A stretch of 64,000 bases of DNA from an uncultured Chthonomonadaceae bacterium (GTDB lineage: Bacteria; Armatimonadota; Chthonomonadetes; Chthonomonadales; Chthonomonadaceae), in contig CAWFQB010000010.1 of the NCBI GenBank assembly GCA_963817895.1, positions 128,001-192,000 on the forward strand, written 5' to 3'. Below the pieces are notes generated by a model. That model saw only the letters and a list, made by a program, of their open reading frames with translations. It was not told where the DNA came from and made no database searches. The translations under genes were made by a program, and so were the position numbers. Position 1 is the stretch's first letter; the number at the start of each line of letters is the position of its first letter. Positions 1 to 10,354 of this stretch are shown here, in pieces.

Positions 1-17
1 CACAGCAGGCGATTACC

Positions 18-2150
18 GTGATTGTGGCAGACTTTGTCAATGTCCGCACCAAAACGACAGATGCAATTGCCATCCAGGCGCGCGACGCCGTAGCCGTTGA
101 GTTAGCCTCGTCCGGGCAGGGCCGCTTCAACCCGATCCCCCAGAAAGAGTTGTATACCGAAGCGCGGCAGTTGGGTATTCGCGTACCCAGCAACCCCAAT
201 CTACCCGCGAACTTCTCCCGCGCCGACCTGACCCGCCTGTCGAAAGCTCTGAGCGCTGAAGGCGTGGTGACGGGCAAAGTGAATGTGGCAATCAACAAAG
301 CGGGCCGCGTCACGACCGTCGCCATTGACACCACGATTGTGGACGCGATTTCCGATAAGGCTTATCCCATCAATGGAGCCGTATCCAGGCAGGCAGTCGT
401 ACCCCGCGCCGGTGAAGCGGTGGAAGAGGCCGTGACCCGCGCCATTGGCGATACGGGTCTGGATGTCGTGCGCCAGATGGTGCAGCGCCAACTGGTTACG
501 GCGACTGTTCTCAACATCAACGTGGAAACCGTTATCATCAACCGGGGTACGCGGGATGGCCTGCACGTCGGCGATGACCTGCTGGTGCTGGAATATCAGC
601 CCAACGGCTCTACCATCAGCAAGGGCACCATTCGGGTTGCGCGGGCGTATGCCACCGACTGCGAATGCGACGCCACGCTGAACAATGGAATTCGCCCGGA
701 AAACATCGCCCGCGCCCTGTATCGTCCCAACGTAATTCTGGGCATTGACAATCTGGAATCCAGCAACGAGCGCAGCACCCGCATCAACTTCAGCACGGTC
801 GGCAAAACACTCGCCGCTCTGGGCCTGGGCGTACTGATCGCGGTCGCCATCAAGGGCGGTCAGGGTTCGCTGACAAACGCCACGGCGGAAGCCACGACTG
901 AAAGCAACACGCCTGCGGTTCGCGTTCGCTTCGCGGACAACATCTTCGGCCAGGGCGGCGTTTTGGAATATAAAGTTTATCGCGACCCGGACTTTCCGTT
1001 CACTTCCCCCGGCAGCGGCAGCAATAACGGCGGTGGCGGTGCGGGCGGTGGAACGAACGGAACTATCCTGCCCTCCATTCCGGTCGGCGTGACGGCGGCT
1101 ACCAATCGCGAATTTTTTGACCGGCCCTCACCTAACTTCCCCTTCAATACAGGAAGCTTTCTGGTGGCGCAAAGCAATGGCGGCAACAACACGGGCGGCG
1201 TCAGCAGCGGCAGCGGCAGCACCGGCGGCACCACAACCACAACCGGCGGCTGCGGCTCGGGAACCACAACAGTTGACCTGGGCTTTACGCCCGGACGCAG
1301 CTACCGATACGAAATTACCGCAATCATTCTGCGCCAGATTGTTCAAAACGACGCGGGTGGCGGCGGAACCGGAACCGGCGGATTGGGCGGCGGCGGCGCG
1401 GGCGGCTCCGTGGGAACCGGCGGCAGCACGGGTACGGGCGGCGGCGGCACAGGTAACGGCAATGGCAACGGCCAGTCCGGCAGCAGCAGCCAGTGTGTCG
1501 AAACCGATCCCATACGGACGGGAATCGCCACGCCGGTCAACCCGGTTCTGGTGACAACCCCCATCAATGGCGCGACCAACATTGACCTGCGCACCTTTTC
1601 GCCCTCCTTCGGCAGCCGAAACGGCGCAGACCTGTTCCAGATCGAAATTTCTACGGATCGGACATTTACCAATCCCAAACTGATCTTCCGCCAGCAGGTG
1701 ATCTCTACAGCGGCTTTTCAGGACAATGTGGCGCAAAACCTGAGTACGCCAATCAATCTGACCCAGGCGCCGGAACTGCTGGCAAATCAGACGTTTGCAA
1801 ACTTTGTCGGCTCGACCAGCACAACCACGCCGCAACTGCCGCAGCTGTATATGCGGATCGGCGCGCGGCATGACGAGGACGTTCCCGGCCCGGTGCATGC
1901 CATCAGCCAGAACGCTTCTGACCGGGACAAGACTTTCCGGTTCGTGTACAGCCAGATAGTAACGTTCCAGCCCGTTCCGCTGCCCCCGGCCAACCCGGGC
2001 AGCACGTCCAAAGTGGCGGGCATCCTCAATCGCAACAACACCGCTTCGCGCGCCCTTCTGCCCCTGCCGGGTTCGCGCCGTTCGCTGACCGGTACGCACA
2101 CCTCCAGCCCGCAGGAAATTCTGTCGGGACGCGGCAGGCTGCGTAACTAG
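18..2150 (+). CDS. Envelope protein, probably 5'-truncated by the window edge: CsgG/FlgT-like N-terminus, FlgT_C-like domain, hydrophobic helix, Gly/Thr-rich linkers, FnIII-like C-terminus
   Basis: 710 aa ORF; IVADFVN start; ATVLNINVETVIINRGTRDGLHVGD resembles FlgT C-terminal domains; hydrophobic LAALGLGVLIAVAI; poly-Gly tracts. Confidence 0.55.
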   Translation: MIVADFVNVRTKTTDAIAIQARDAVAVELASSGQGRFNPIPQKELYTEARQLGIRVPSNPNLPANFSRADLTRLSKALSAEGVVTGKVNVAINKAGRVTTVAIDTTIVDAISDKAYPINGAVSRQAVVPRAGEAVEEAVTRAIGDTGLDVVRQMVQRQLVTATVLNINVETVIINRGTRDGLHVGDDLLVLEYQPNGSTISKGTIRVARAYATDCECDATLNNGIRPENIARALYRPNVILGIDNLESSNERSTRINFSTVGKTLAALGLGVLIAVAIKGGQGSLTNATAEATTESNTPAVRVRFADNIFGQGGVLEYKVYRDPDFPFTSPGSGSNNGGGGAGGGTNGTILPSIPVGVTAATNREFFDRPSPNFPFNTGSFLVAQSNGGNNTGGVSSGSGSTGGTTTTTGGCGSGTTTVDLGFTPGRSYRYEITAIILRQIVQNDAGGGGTGTGGLGGGGAGGSVGTGGSTGTGGGGTGNGNGNGQSGSSSQCVETDPIRTGIATPVNPVLVTTPINGATNIDLRTFSPSFGSRNGADLFQIEISTDRTFTNPKLIFRQQVISTAAFQDNVAQNLSTPINLTQAPELLANQTFANFVGSTSTTTPQLPQLYMRIGARHDEDVPGPVHAISQNASDRDKTFRFVYSQIVTFQPVPLPPANPGSTSKVAGILNRNNTASRALLPLPGSRRSLTGTHTSSPQEILSGRGRLRN

Positions 2151-2241
2151 ACAGTTGATACTTCATCGTTGATAGGGATACAAGAACTGTGAACTATCAA
2201 CGATTGGCGGTTTAGAAACGCAGAACAGCATAGAGTGGAAC

Positions 2242-2287
2242 AGCCAATCGCTTTTAAGGGAAGCAATTCCTCTTCAGGCGATTGGCT
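2242..2287. terminator. Hairpin downstream of the first gene
   Basis: agccaatcgc...gcgattggct inverted repeat. Confidence 0.45.
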
Positions 2288-2576
2288 CCCCCCTTGATAT
2301 GTCTGGAATGATAGATTATGATGCTTCTGAACAGCATCCCTTGCGATTGTCAGGTATACTGTTGGTAACTAAAAATGTTCGAGTGTTCCAACACTCTGAG
2401 ATGCGGGCCGAACCCCCAACCTGCATCACTGCATAGCATCCACCGGCGCGAGCTGTTCTGTGTCGGTTCAAACGCCTTATTCATTTTTCGCGTTATCCCT
2501 GGTGTCGCTCCCTCCGCGCTGACACAGTCTGCACGGCGTATGCTCCGGCATACCGCACGGACAAGGAGTTTCTCTT

Positions 2577-5500
2577 ATGCTTCATTTTCGCAAATCTCTC
2601 TTGAGCCAGACACTGCTCGTCACCGGGGCTTTGGCTTCGGTGGCAGGCGTGGCGTCAGGGCAGGCAAGGCGTCTGCGTCGCGCTGCCCCGCAAGTTGTAC
2701 AATCCGTGCCAGGACAAATTCTACTCTACTGCCAGCCTAATACCACTCGAAACGATGTGAATCGCCTGGCAAATCTTGTCGGCGCTCAGGTAAAGCCTTT
2801 GCTGCTCACCGATGGGTATCTGTTTACCCTGGATGCCGATCATTCCACGCAGCCGGCAACCGCTGCCGCCATTGCGACACTTCAGGTTGACGCTTCGGTG
2901 CGGGGCGTGGGACCGAACAATCTTTCGTATAAGCGTCAGACCGGCGGCGGCTCCGGCACGGGAATAAGCCCTAATGATCCCCGTTATGTGAAGGGCGATC
3001 AGTACGCGCTGCCGGAAATCAATATGCCTCTGGCATGGACGCTGCAAAAAGGGAACGTCAACTTCAGTGTCGCCTGCATCGACTCCGGCTGCGACCCCAA
3101 ACACGAGGATGCGCCCATTATTTCACCCGGGAGTTTCGATGTTGCCGATAACGACACCGATGTGACTGCCGATGGAGCCGATGGTCCAGGCGAATACGAT
3201 CACGGCACCGGCACGAGCGGCGTCATGCTGGCGCATACCAACAATGGGCTGGGCATAGCGGGCGTGATCTGGAACCAGATGCCTTTGTTCTTTGTCAAAG
3301 TGGAAAAAAAGGGCGATACAACGGGCGGGTTTACTAACGACGTTTTGATCAACGCGTTCGTTTATGTGGCGAAAAACGCTCAAAAGTATAACATCGTTTC
3401 CGTGAACTTCAGTATCGGAGCGGATGCCGCGCCCAATGTTCTCGATCCAACGGGGATGCTTGTGGCAGCGCAGCAGTCGTGTATCACAAACGGGGTGCAT
3501 GTCGTGGCAGCTGCCGGCAACAGCACGTACGGGGGACCGGACAGCGCGGATGTGCCAGGCGTGCTGAAAGTTTCCGCTGTGGGCAAATCTACAACTCAAT
3601 TGGCCTACTATTCCAACTTCAATAACATCGCGATTGCTGCCCCGGGCGGCGACCAGCAGGCGGATACCGGCGTACTGGTATTGAACCAGTCCACGGCTCC
3701 CAGTCCCGCGCCTTACAGCTTTGAGCAGGGAACGTCCTTTGCGGCCCCCCATGTCACCGCTGTGCTGGCGCTTCTGCGCTCCGTGCCAGGCGTTACTTAC
3801 GCCCGCGCCGAATCCGCGCTGCTGACGCAGGCCAACCACAACATCACCGGGCAGACAAGCGTGCCGGATAACAGGTTCGGAGCCGGATTGCTGGATGCCT
3901 ACGCCTCCCTGATAAGCGTTTCCAACGTGGTTTTCATTACCGACCCGCAGGGCGTGGACCCGGCAACGAACTCGTCTACGGCTCCCAATCAGGCCGCGCC
4001 CCTGCCGGTGGAAACTCTGCGCCCGCTGATTCGGTTCCGCGCCACCAATACCAAAGTGGTGAATGGCGTGCCGCAGTTCACCGTAACGCTGACAACTCCC
4101 TCCGGTATCTCGGCCCCTGATTACCAACGGCCTGGTTGATCCGGGCGCGACCTCCTTGGTGACAAACTTCTATGTCAACAATGTCTCCACCGATCCGTCT
4201 TTCGGGCAGTACGATGTGTCGTTTCGCTATACGGCAGGCACCTCAGTAACCACACAGCAGCAGCAGATTACGGTTGTCTCGACGCCCATTGATCCCACTT
4301 TCCCTGCCGCATCGGCATCGCTGTCGTACAACGTGACGCCGCATATCTTCCCGGCGGGGATTTCGATGGTGTCCTTCCCCGTTGCGGAAACCCCGGCGGA
4401 CTCGCCGACCGGAAGCTATCGGGATATCAAGGCGATTTTGGGAGACAACAACGTTATTCTGTACCGCTGGATCAATGCGCCGGTAGTAAACGCGAAGGGC
4501 AGCCAGACGGTTCAGGGGCAGTACGCCATCAATGGTTCCGGGACGAGCGATACGCTGAATCAGTTCGCGACCCTGCATCCGAGCGATGTTACGACCACTC
4601 CCATTCCTACCATTGACCCGCGCGATAATCCCAATGATCCATCCAGCGCTACGCCGGACTCGACGCCGGTTGGCCTGGGGTACTTCATCAATCTGACCTC
4701 CGGCGCGGCCGTGCAAAGCTACGGGCGCACCTTTACGCAGCAAACGATTCGCGTTCCGCTGCATGAGGGCTGGAACATGATCGGCGATCCGTTCCAGTTC
4801 CCGATTGCGTTTGCCAACCTGACTGTTCAGGCTCCCAATGGAACGCTGTACGCCTCTTCGGACGCGGTGACGGCAAAACTGGTGCTGCCATTCATCTATC
4901 GCTTTGTGGGCGGTGATTACCAGTTCCAGGCGCTGCCCAATGGCACGCTGTATCCCTGGGAAGGTAACTGGATTTATGTGATTCCGAAGGACCCGACCAA
5001 CGTAAATCCAAGCCCCAACGCCCTGACCCTTGTGATGACGCCCACACAGGCGGGAACCACGCGCGGCATTCGCGGCGCGGTCTTGAATAACAGCGTCACG
5101 CGGGCGGCGCAATCTATGGCAGCCAAACCGGATGTGCGCGGGCCGGGAAGCTGGGCGTTGCGACTGGTGGCGCGCTCCAAAAACATGGTGGACGCGCACA
5201 ACTACATCGGCATGTCGTCAACGGCGAAAGATGGCGACGATCTCACCAAAGCGCCCAAGCCGCCGCGCGTCGGCTCCAACGTCACGCTGGGAATTCAGCG
5301 GAGTTCGCATGGCGGATTGTACGCGCAGGATTTGCGTTCCCTGGGCGGCACAAAGACCTGGGATATCGTTGTCACGACGGATCAGCCCAATGCGGATGTA
5401 TCGCTCTCGTGGCCGGATGCCCACGCGCTGCCACGCAACTACCAGTTCACGCTCAAGGATAACACGACAGGGCAGGTAGTGGACATTCGCAATCGCTCTA

Positions 5501-5895
5501 CATTCCAGTTCAATTCCGGCCCGAAAATGCAGGCGCGCGCGTTCACCGTCACAGCGGAACCCGGCAACAGCGGAGAGCGAGTTGTCTTCAATAGCGTGTT
5601 TGTCACGCCGCGCGGACTCTCCAAAGCGACGGGGCTGTCAACCTATCAGATTGACTACAACGTGTCGCATGAAGCTCAGGTAGATGTGTCTATTCTGAAC
5701 ACGGGCGGACGCGTGATCTCGCAACTGGAAACAGGACGCGCGGCAACCAGCGGCGATAATCATACCGTATGGAACGGGCGGGACAGCCAGAATCATGCCG
5801 TGCCTGCGGGAGCCTATATCGTTCGTCTGCGCGCGGTCTCCTCTGAGGGCCGGGTGACGCAGTACCACTACCCGCTCACTGTGACCGGGCGCTAG
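2577..5895 (+). CDS. Secreted S8 (subtilisin-like) peptidase with a large C-terminal module ending in an FlgD-Ig-like domain; one frame break near 4110-4150
   Basis: Signal peptide; triad motifs VACIDSG, HGTGTSG, GTSFAAPHV; oxyanion AAAGN; ORF 4156-5895 continues it and ends WNGRDSQNHAVPAGAYIVRL. Confidence 0.85.
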
Positions 5896-6182
5896 AAAAC
5901 AACTCGTTTCGCATTCGCAGTGAAACCAGGGAAAAACTGCGAAGATGCCGCGCAAGATGTTCTGAACTTTTTCAACAATTCGGCATACCCCGTGCCGGAT
6001 TGTTGAAAAGTCAGAACCCGGTGTGTGGGCGCGGACCGCAAAACCGTCGTGATACAACTGCCATAAGCAACGGCAAACAGCCTTAGCGGGTCACGAATGC
6101 AATCTTAACTTATCAACCTAGAAGCATGGTGGTTCCCCCAGCTATGCTGTGAGAGAACAAACGTCTCCAGGGAGGACTTCCA

Positions 6183-9100
6183 ATGGGGTGGAAACACAGA
6201 ACAGCCAGGCGCATCGCCGAATTTCTGCTGATGACGATGGCAATGGCGAGTATATCGAAGGTAGCGGCGCGGGCGCAGGAGATATTTCCGCCCGGCAATG
6301 GGCCAGGCGTTTATAATCCTGGCACTCGTCCCGCGATTGGCGATAATGAATTTATCACCATCGGCAACAGCGACCTGCTTTTGTCTATGGGCCGGGGCAA
6401 AAACTGCGGCGGCTCCATCGGCATATTCACGACCGGCTCGAATTCGACGGATCCGGATAATACGCTGTTCTTCTATGGCAAGCTGATCCCGCCAGCCAAC
6501 ATCCGCCTATTTGGAACGCGCGTGTTTGTGCGCGTGGATGGCGGAATCAATGGCGGGCAGTCCGGTTTTGATTATGAGTTCGGGCAGCCGGATACCGCCA
6601 GGGGCGGCGTGTGGCTTACCCTACCCTACCTGGTGAACAGCCATCTTGTCGCCCGCTGGCAGACCTATCCTCATGCTCCCCTGGCGGGAACCGGTGGAAC
6701 GGGCGGTGGAACGGGCGGTATAGGCGGCGGAACGGGCGGCGGCACGACCGTAACGATCATTGATCCGAAAATTGAAGTTGATCTGGTGGCCTCCTTCGTG
6801 CATGACCAGATTCGCTTTCAGTTCAACATCATCAACAACGATACAGGCCACAGCCATACCGTAGGTCTCGCGTTCCTGCAAGATTATAATTTTGATCCGG
6901 TGAACTTTTCTACAAGCGCGCCGATTATCATTCCCAATCGGCCCTATCTTCGCGTAGAAACCGCTCTGGGCGGCAATGATGTGCCGTCTACCTGGCTGAT
7001 TCAGCGACCCGGACCGGTGCCGACCGGGAGCGGCACCACGCAGTCTATTCACACCGTAGAGGGCGTTCTGCGCCCGACGGCGACTTCCGGCAATGAGCCG
7101 ACCGTGCCATCCCGCTTTGTGCTGGGACGCGGACGTTTGCTGGAGGGCAGCGATCCGCCGCCCACTTCGCTGACAGGCCCGACGGGAACCACCACTTCGG
7201 TTCCCGGACCGAGCGGACGCTACTTCGACAGCATCTGGGGCTTTGTGCCAAATCCCAACATACGCTTCGATACCGCCGGTTCACAGGATGCTGCGATTGT
7301 CACATTTTATGACGAGCAGACGATTGCGCCAGGGCAAAACATCCCCATTACCACTTATATAGGGCAAGGCAGCGGCACAATAGATGCCGGACAGCCGATC
7401 AGCCTGTTTGTCACCGCTCCGAGCGCATTGCCGTTCAGCGCGAGTAAGCCGACTTCCACGTTCACCGTGTCGGCGTATGTCACCAACCTGCTGGACTTGC
7501 AGCCGGGAGCGGGCATCAGCATCAGCCCGGTCAGTCTCAGCCTCGACCTGCCCACCGGCTTGCAGCTTGCAAACGGAGATACAGCGACCAAAGCGGTCAG
7601 CAGTATCGCGCCCGGAAACGAGGGCGGCGTTTCGTGGCAGGTGCAGTCGAACGGAGCCGCTACCGGATCCCTGCGGTTTACGGTCACGGCTGCGGCGAAT
7701 GTGGGAAGCGGCAAGGTCGTTCAGCGCGACATCATCGTTCCGAGCGCGCCCGCCATTGACCTGAAAGGCAACGCCAACGCGAAGGGGCTGTACCAGATGC
7801 TGTCCTTCCCGCTGGATTTCCACGGGGTGACGCCCTCGACCGCGCTGTTCCCCGGCCAGGACCCCAACGTTGTCGCGCCCGACCTGGCGCACTTCGACGC
7901 CACAAGCGGCAAGTATGTCACGGTTCCAACCTTTGTGCCGGGACAGTCTTACTGGGTTCGCAGCCGCATCACGCAGGACTCGCACATTCTGCTGGATCCC
8001 ACAACCTACCCGCCGCTCAACAACCAGATTCAGCCCACATCGAACGCCTACAAAGTGGTGTACAATCTCGGCTGGAACCAGATCGGCAATCCGTATGTGT
8101 ATCCGATCAACTTTGCCGAGGTGCAAATCTTCGACCCGGATACGCTTGCGGTTTCCAGCGTGGGCGATGCGTCCAGCCCGACCAACCAACTGGTGCTTCC
8201 GGCTGTATACCAGTACGATACTTCCGATCCCAACCCGAGCAACTGGCACTACACTCTGGTAGACAGCATCGGATTTACCATGCAGCCGTATATCGGTTAC
8301 TGGCTGTACGTGAAAAAGGCCAATCTGCAGTTCCTGTATCCGGGCGTGGATATTCCCGGCACTTCTGTGGGACGCGCCGCGCTGATGGGCGTAGGCTTCA
8401 AGAGCCGCACACGCTCGGCAGGCGTGGAAAAACTGGGACGCGGCACGTCCGACAACTGGCGGCTGAAAGTGAGCGCGCGCAGCGCGGCGGGTTACGATCC
8501 TGATAACTTTATCGGCGTCGCGCCCAAAGCCACCGACAATATGGACGGCTACAAATACAGCAAAGCGCCGGAAATGAACAAGACGCTGACGCTGGACATC
8601 GTTCACAGCGACTGGCCGCAGGGGACGCGCCTGGCGCATGACCTGCGTTCGCCAGCCACAGGCGTGAAAACATGGAACATGGCCGTGCGTTCGAGCAAGG
8701 CCAATGACAGCGTGACCCTGAGTTGGAACAGCATTTCGCGGGATGTGCCGCGCAACTACACTCTGACGCTGATTGACCCCGCCACCAACAAGCGCGTGAA
8801 TATGCGCAGCGCGGCCTCGCACATTGTCAATGTGGGACCGACGGGAACGCAGAACGTTCAGATCGTGGCTGAACCGGTCAGCCGGGGCAGTCGGGTTCAG
8901 ATCACCGCGTTCGACGTGCTGACGTCCGGGGATGCGTCTCGCGCTACCCGCAGCGCCAACATTCACTTCACGCTGACGCGAGCCGCTTCGCAGATGAGCA
9001 TCAACGTTCTTAATGGACGCGGGCAGATTATCCGCCAGCTCAACAACCTCAGCACCCGCGACGCGGAGGGTGGCGCGGCTACGGGAACCGCGCTCTGGGA

Positions 9101-9218
9101 CCTGAAAACCCAGCAGGGTACAACCGTATCCGCCGGACAGTACAACGTGGAGCTGCAAGTGCAGACGGAAGATGGACAGCGCGCGCGCCGAGTTCAGCCG
9201 CTGGTCATCACCCGTTAG
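6183..9218 (+). CDS. Large secreted protein with a NEW3/CARDB-like Ig domain and the same C-terminal module (FlgD-Ig end) as the S8 peptidase
   Basis: 1011 aa; signal peptide; LDLPTGLQL...IAPG...VSWQV Ig motif; GWNQIGNPY; ends WDLKTQQGTTVSAGQYNVEL. Confidence 0.75.
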   Translation: MGWKHRTARRIAEFLLMTMAMASISKVAARAQEIFPPGNGPGVYNPGTRPAIGDNEFITIGNSDLLLSMGRGKNCGGSIGIFTTGSNSTDPDNTLFFYGKLIPPANIRLFGTRVFVRVDGGINGGQSGFDYEFGQPDTARGGVWLTLPYLVNSHLVARWQTYPHAPLAGTGGTGGGTGGIGGGTGGGTTVTIIDPKIEVDLVASFVHDQIRFQFNIINNDTGHSHTVGLAFLQDYNFDPVNFSTSAPIIIPNRPYLRVETALGGNDVPSTWLIQRPGPVPTGSGTTQSIHTVEGVLRPTATSGNEPTVPSRFVLGRGRLLEGSDPPPTSLTGPTGTTTSVPGPSGRYFDSIWGFVPNPNIRFDTAGSQDAAIVTFYDEQTIAPGQNIPITTYIGQGSGTIDAGQPISLFVTAPSALPFSASKPTSTFTVSAYVTNLLDLQPGAGISISPVSLSLDLPTGLQLANGDTATKAVSSIAPGNEGGVSWQVQSNGAATGSLRFTVTAAANVGSGKVVQRDIIVPSAPAIDLKGNANAKGLYQMLSFPLDFHGVTPSTALFPGQDPNVVAPDLAHFDATSGKYVTVPTFVPGQSYWVRSRITQDSHILLDPTTYPPLNNQIQPTSNAYKVVYNLGWNQIGNPYVYPINFAEVQIFDPDTLAVSSVGDASSPTNQLVLPAVYQYDTSDPNPSNWHYTLVDSIGFTMQPYIGYWLYVKKANLQFLYPGVDIPGTSVGRAALMGVGFKSRTRSAGVEKLGRGTSDNWRLKVSARSAAGYDPDNFIGVAPKATDNMDGYKYSKAPEMNKTLTLDIVHSDWPQGTRLAHDLRSPATGVKTWNMAVRSSKANDSVTLSWNSISRDVPRNYTLTLIDPATNKRVNMRSAASHIVNVGPTGTQNVQIVAEPVSRGSRVQITAFDVLTSGDASRATRSANIHFTLTRAASQMSINVLNGRGQIIRQLNNLSTRDAEGGAATGTALWDLKTQQGTTVSAGQYNVELQVQTEDGQRARRVQPLVITR

Positions 9219-9221
9219 GAA

Positions 9222-9306
9222 GTTGATAGTTGATAGTTGATAGTTGATAGTTGATAGATTGCGGCTATCGTCTTGCTATCAACTATCAACTATCAACTAT
9301 CAACTA
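9222..9306. repeat. Inverted heptamer arrays (GTTGATA)x5 / (TATCAAC)x4
   Basis: Read directly; the two arrays are reverse complements around a ~19 nt loop. Confidence 0.95.
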
Positions 9307-9335
9307 CTTAGCCTTCGGGCAATGGAGCAGACTGT

Positions 9336-10226
9336 ATGTTCACCAACAAGCAAGACCAATTGAACATTGTTACCGGGCAGGCGAAGTTCGCGCGCGTGTC
9401 CCGTTGGAGCGGATTCGCGGCGGCAATGCTGTTGCTCGGCGTCTGCGCAGGCCCGGTTCGCGCGCAGCAGGACAGCACCGATGGCGTACCTCGAACCGGT
9501 GATAAGCCCGATACGACGGTCAAAAAAGACAGTGTTCCCATGGGGGCCAAAACAAAACAGGCCGCCAAAAAGAGCGACAAGAAAACCGATAAAGGCATGG
9601 CAAAAACCACGCCCATGAAAACATCGGGCAAGGACGCTAAAAAGGGCAGCGGCAAGACCGGGTATGTCGCCAAACGCGTGGTACTGGTGTTTCCCGTAGA
9701 CGCCAAAGGAGCCGCCGCAGAGCAGTTGTCCGACATCATCACCGATGTGGAAAAAGCGCGTCTCGCGGCTACAGGCAACTTCGGCACAGTCTCGTTCCTC
9801 GCCTCTCTGCCGTCCATCCGGCGCGGATTGAGTGAGCAGTCCCTGACCCCTACCGACATTCACGCGCCATTTGCCACCACCGCCAAAGCGCAGCGCCTGA
9901 CCACCGCCGCCGGTTACGACGCGGCTATGATCAGTTCGCTGGACTCATACGAGTACAATGCCGATAACCAGAATGTCACTATGGTATTGAGCATTCAGAT
10001 GATTGATTATTCCGGCGCGACCCCCCGCAACTACACCGCCGCCAATACCGTGACCACACCGGCAAAATCGGTCAAGAACGCGACGGACACAACCGCTACA
10101 ACGGAAGCCGCGCGCAATCTGACCGAACAATTGATGACCGATGTATTGAAAGCGGCTGCTGCCGCCAAAGCCATGCCTGCCGGAGGAACCGGAACCACAG
10201 GCGCGGCAACGCCCCCCGCTAAGTAA
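9336..10226 (+). CDS. Secreted protein with a Lys-rich N-terminus and a CsgG/TolB_N-like alpha/beta domain
   Basis: 296 aa; signal peptide ending VRA-Q; RVVLVFPVD strand; fold call is inference. Confidence 0.55.
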   Translation: MFTNKQDQLNIVTGQAKFARVSRWSGFAAAMLLLGVCAGPVRAQQDSTDGVPRTGDKPDTTVKKDSVPMGAKTKQAAKKSDKKTDKGMAKTTPMKTSGKDAKKGSGKTGYVAKRVVLVFPVDAKGAAAEQLSDIITDVEKARLAATGNFGTVSFLASLPSIRRGLSEQSLTPTDIHAPFATTAKAQRLTTAAGYDAAMISSLDSYEYNADNQNVTMVLSIQMIDYSGATPRNYTAANTVTTPAKSVKNATDTTATTEAARNLTEQLMTDVLKAAAAAKAMPAGGTGTTGAATPPAK

Positions 10227-10234
10227 ATTCGTAC

Positions 10235-10322
10235 AGGGAGTAGGGAGTAGGGAGTAGGGAATAGGACACTTCGCGAGTTGAACAGAGCCTTTCCTACTCC
10301 CTACTGCCTACTCCCTACTCCC
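10235..10322. repeat. Inverted heptamer arrays (AGGGAGT)n / (ACTCCCT)n
   Basis: Read directly, about 4 units per arm. Confidence 0.95.
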
Positions 10323-10354
10323 AACCTTTGCCCCCTTCGGAGAACCACTTCGCC

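Noticed and set aside
1010..1490. GGC-rich tracts as DNA repeat elements
   Set aside because: They encode Gly/Thr/Ser linkers with varied codons
6000..6100. c-di-GMP-I riboswitch upstream of the 1011 aa gene
   Set aside because: GCAAAAC and GGCAAAC words are present but in the wrong order and without the P2 stem and tetraloop
7281..9158. Long antisense ORFs (e.g. 7281-9158, 50876-52726, 18082-19434, 61129-62055)
   Set aside because: Shadows of GC-rich or repetitive sense genes; no motifs or RBS
9222..10322. Tandem repeats as a CRISPR array
   Set aside because: Units are 7 nt with no unique spacers, and no cas genes are present
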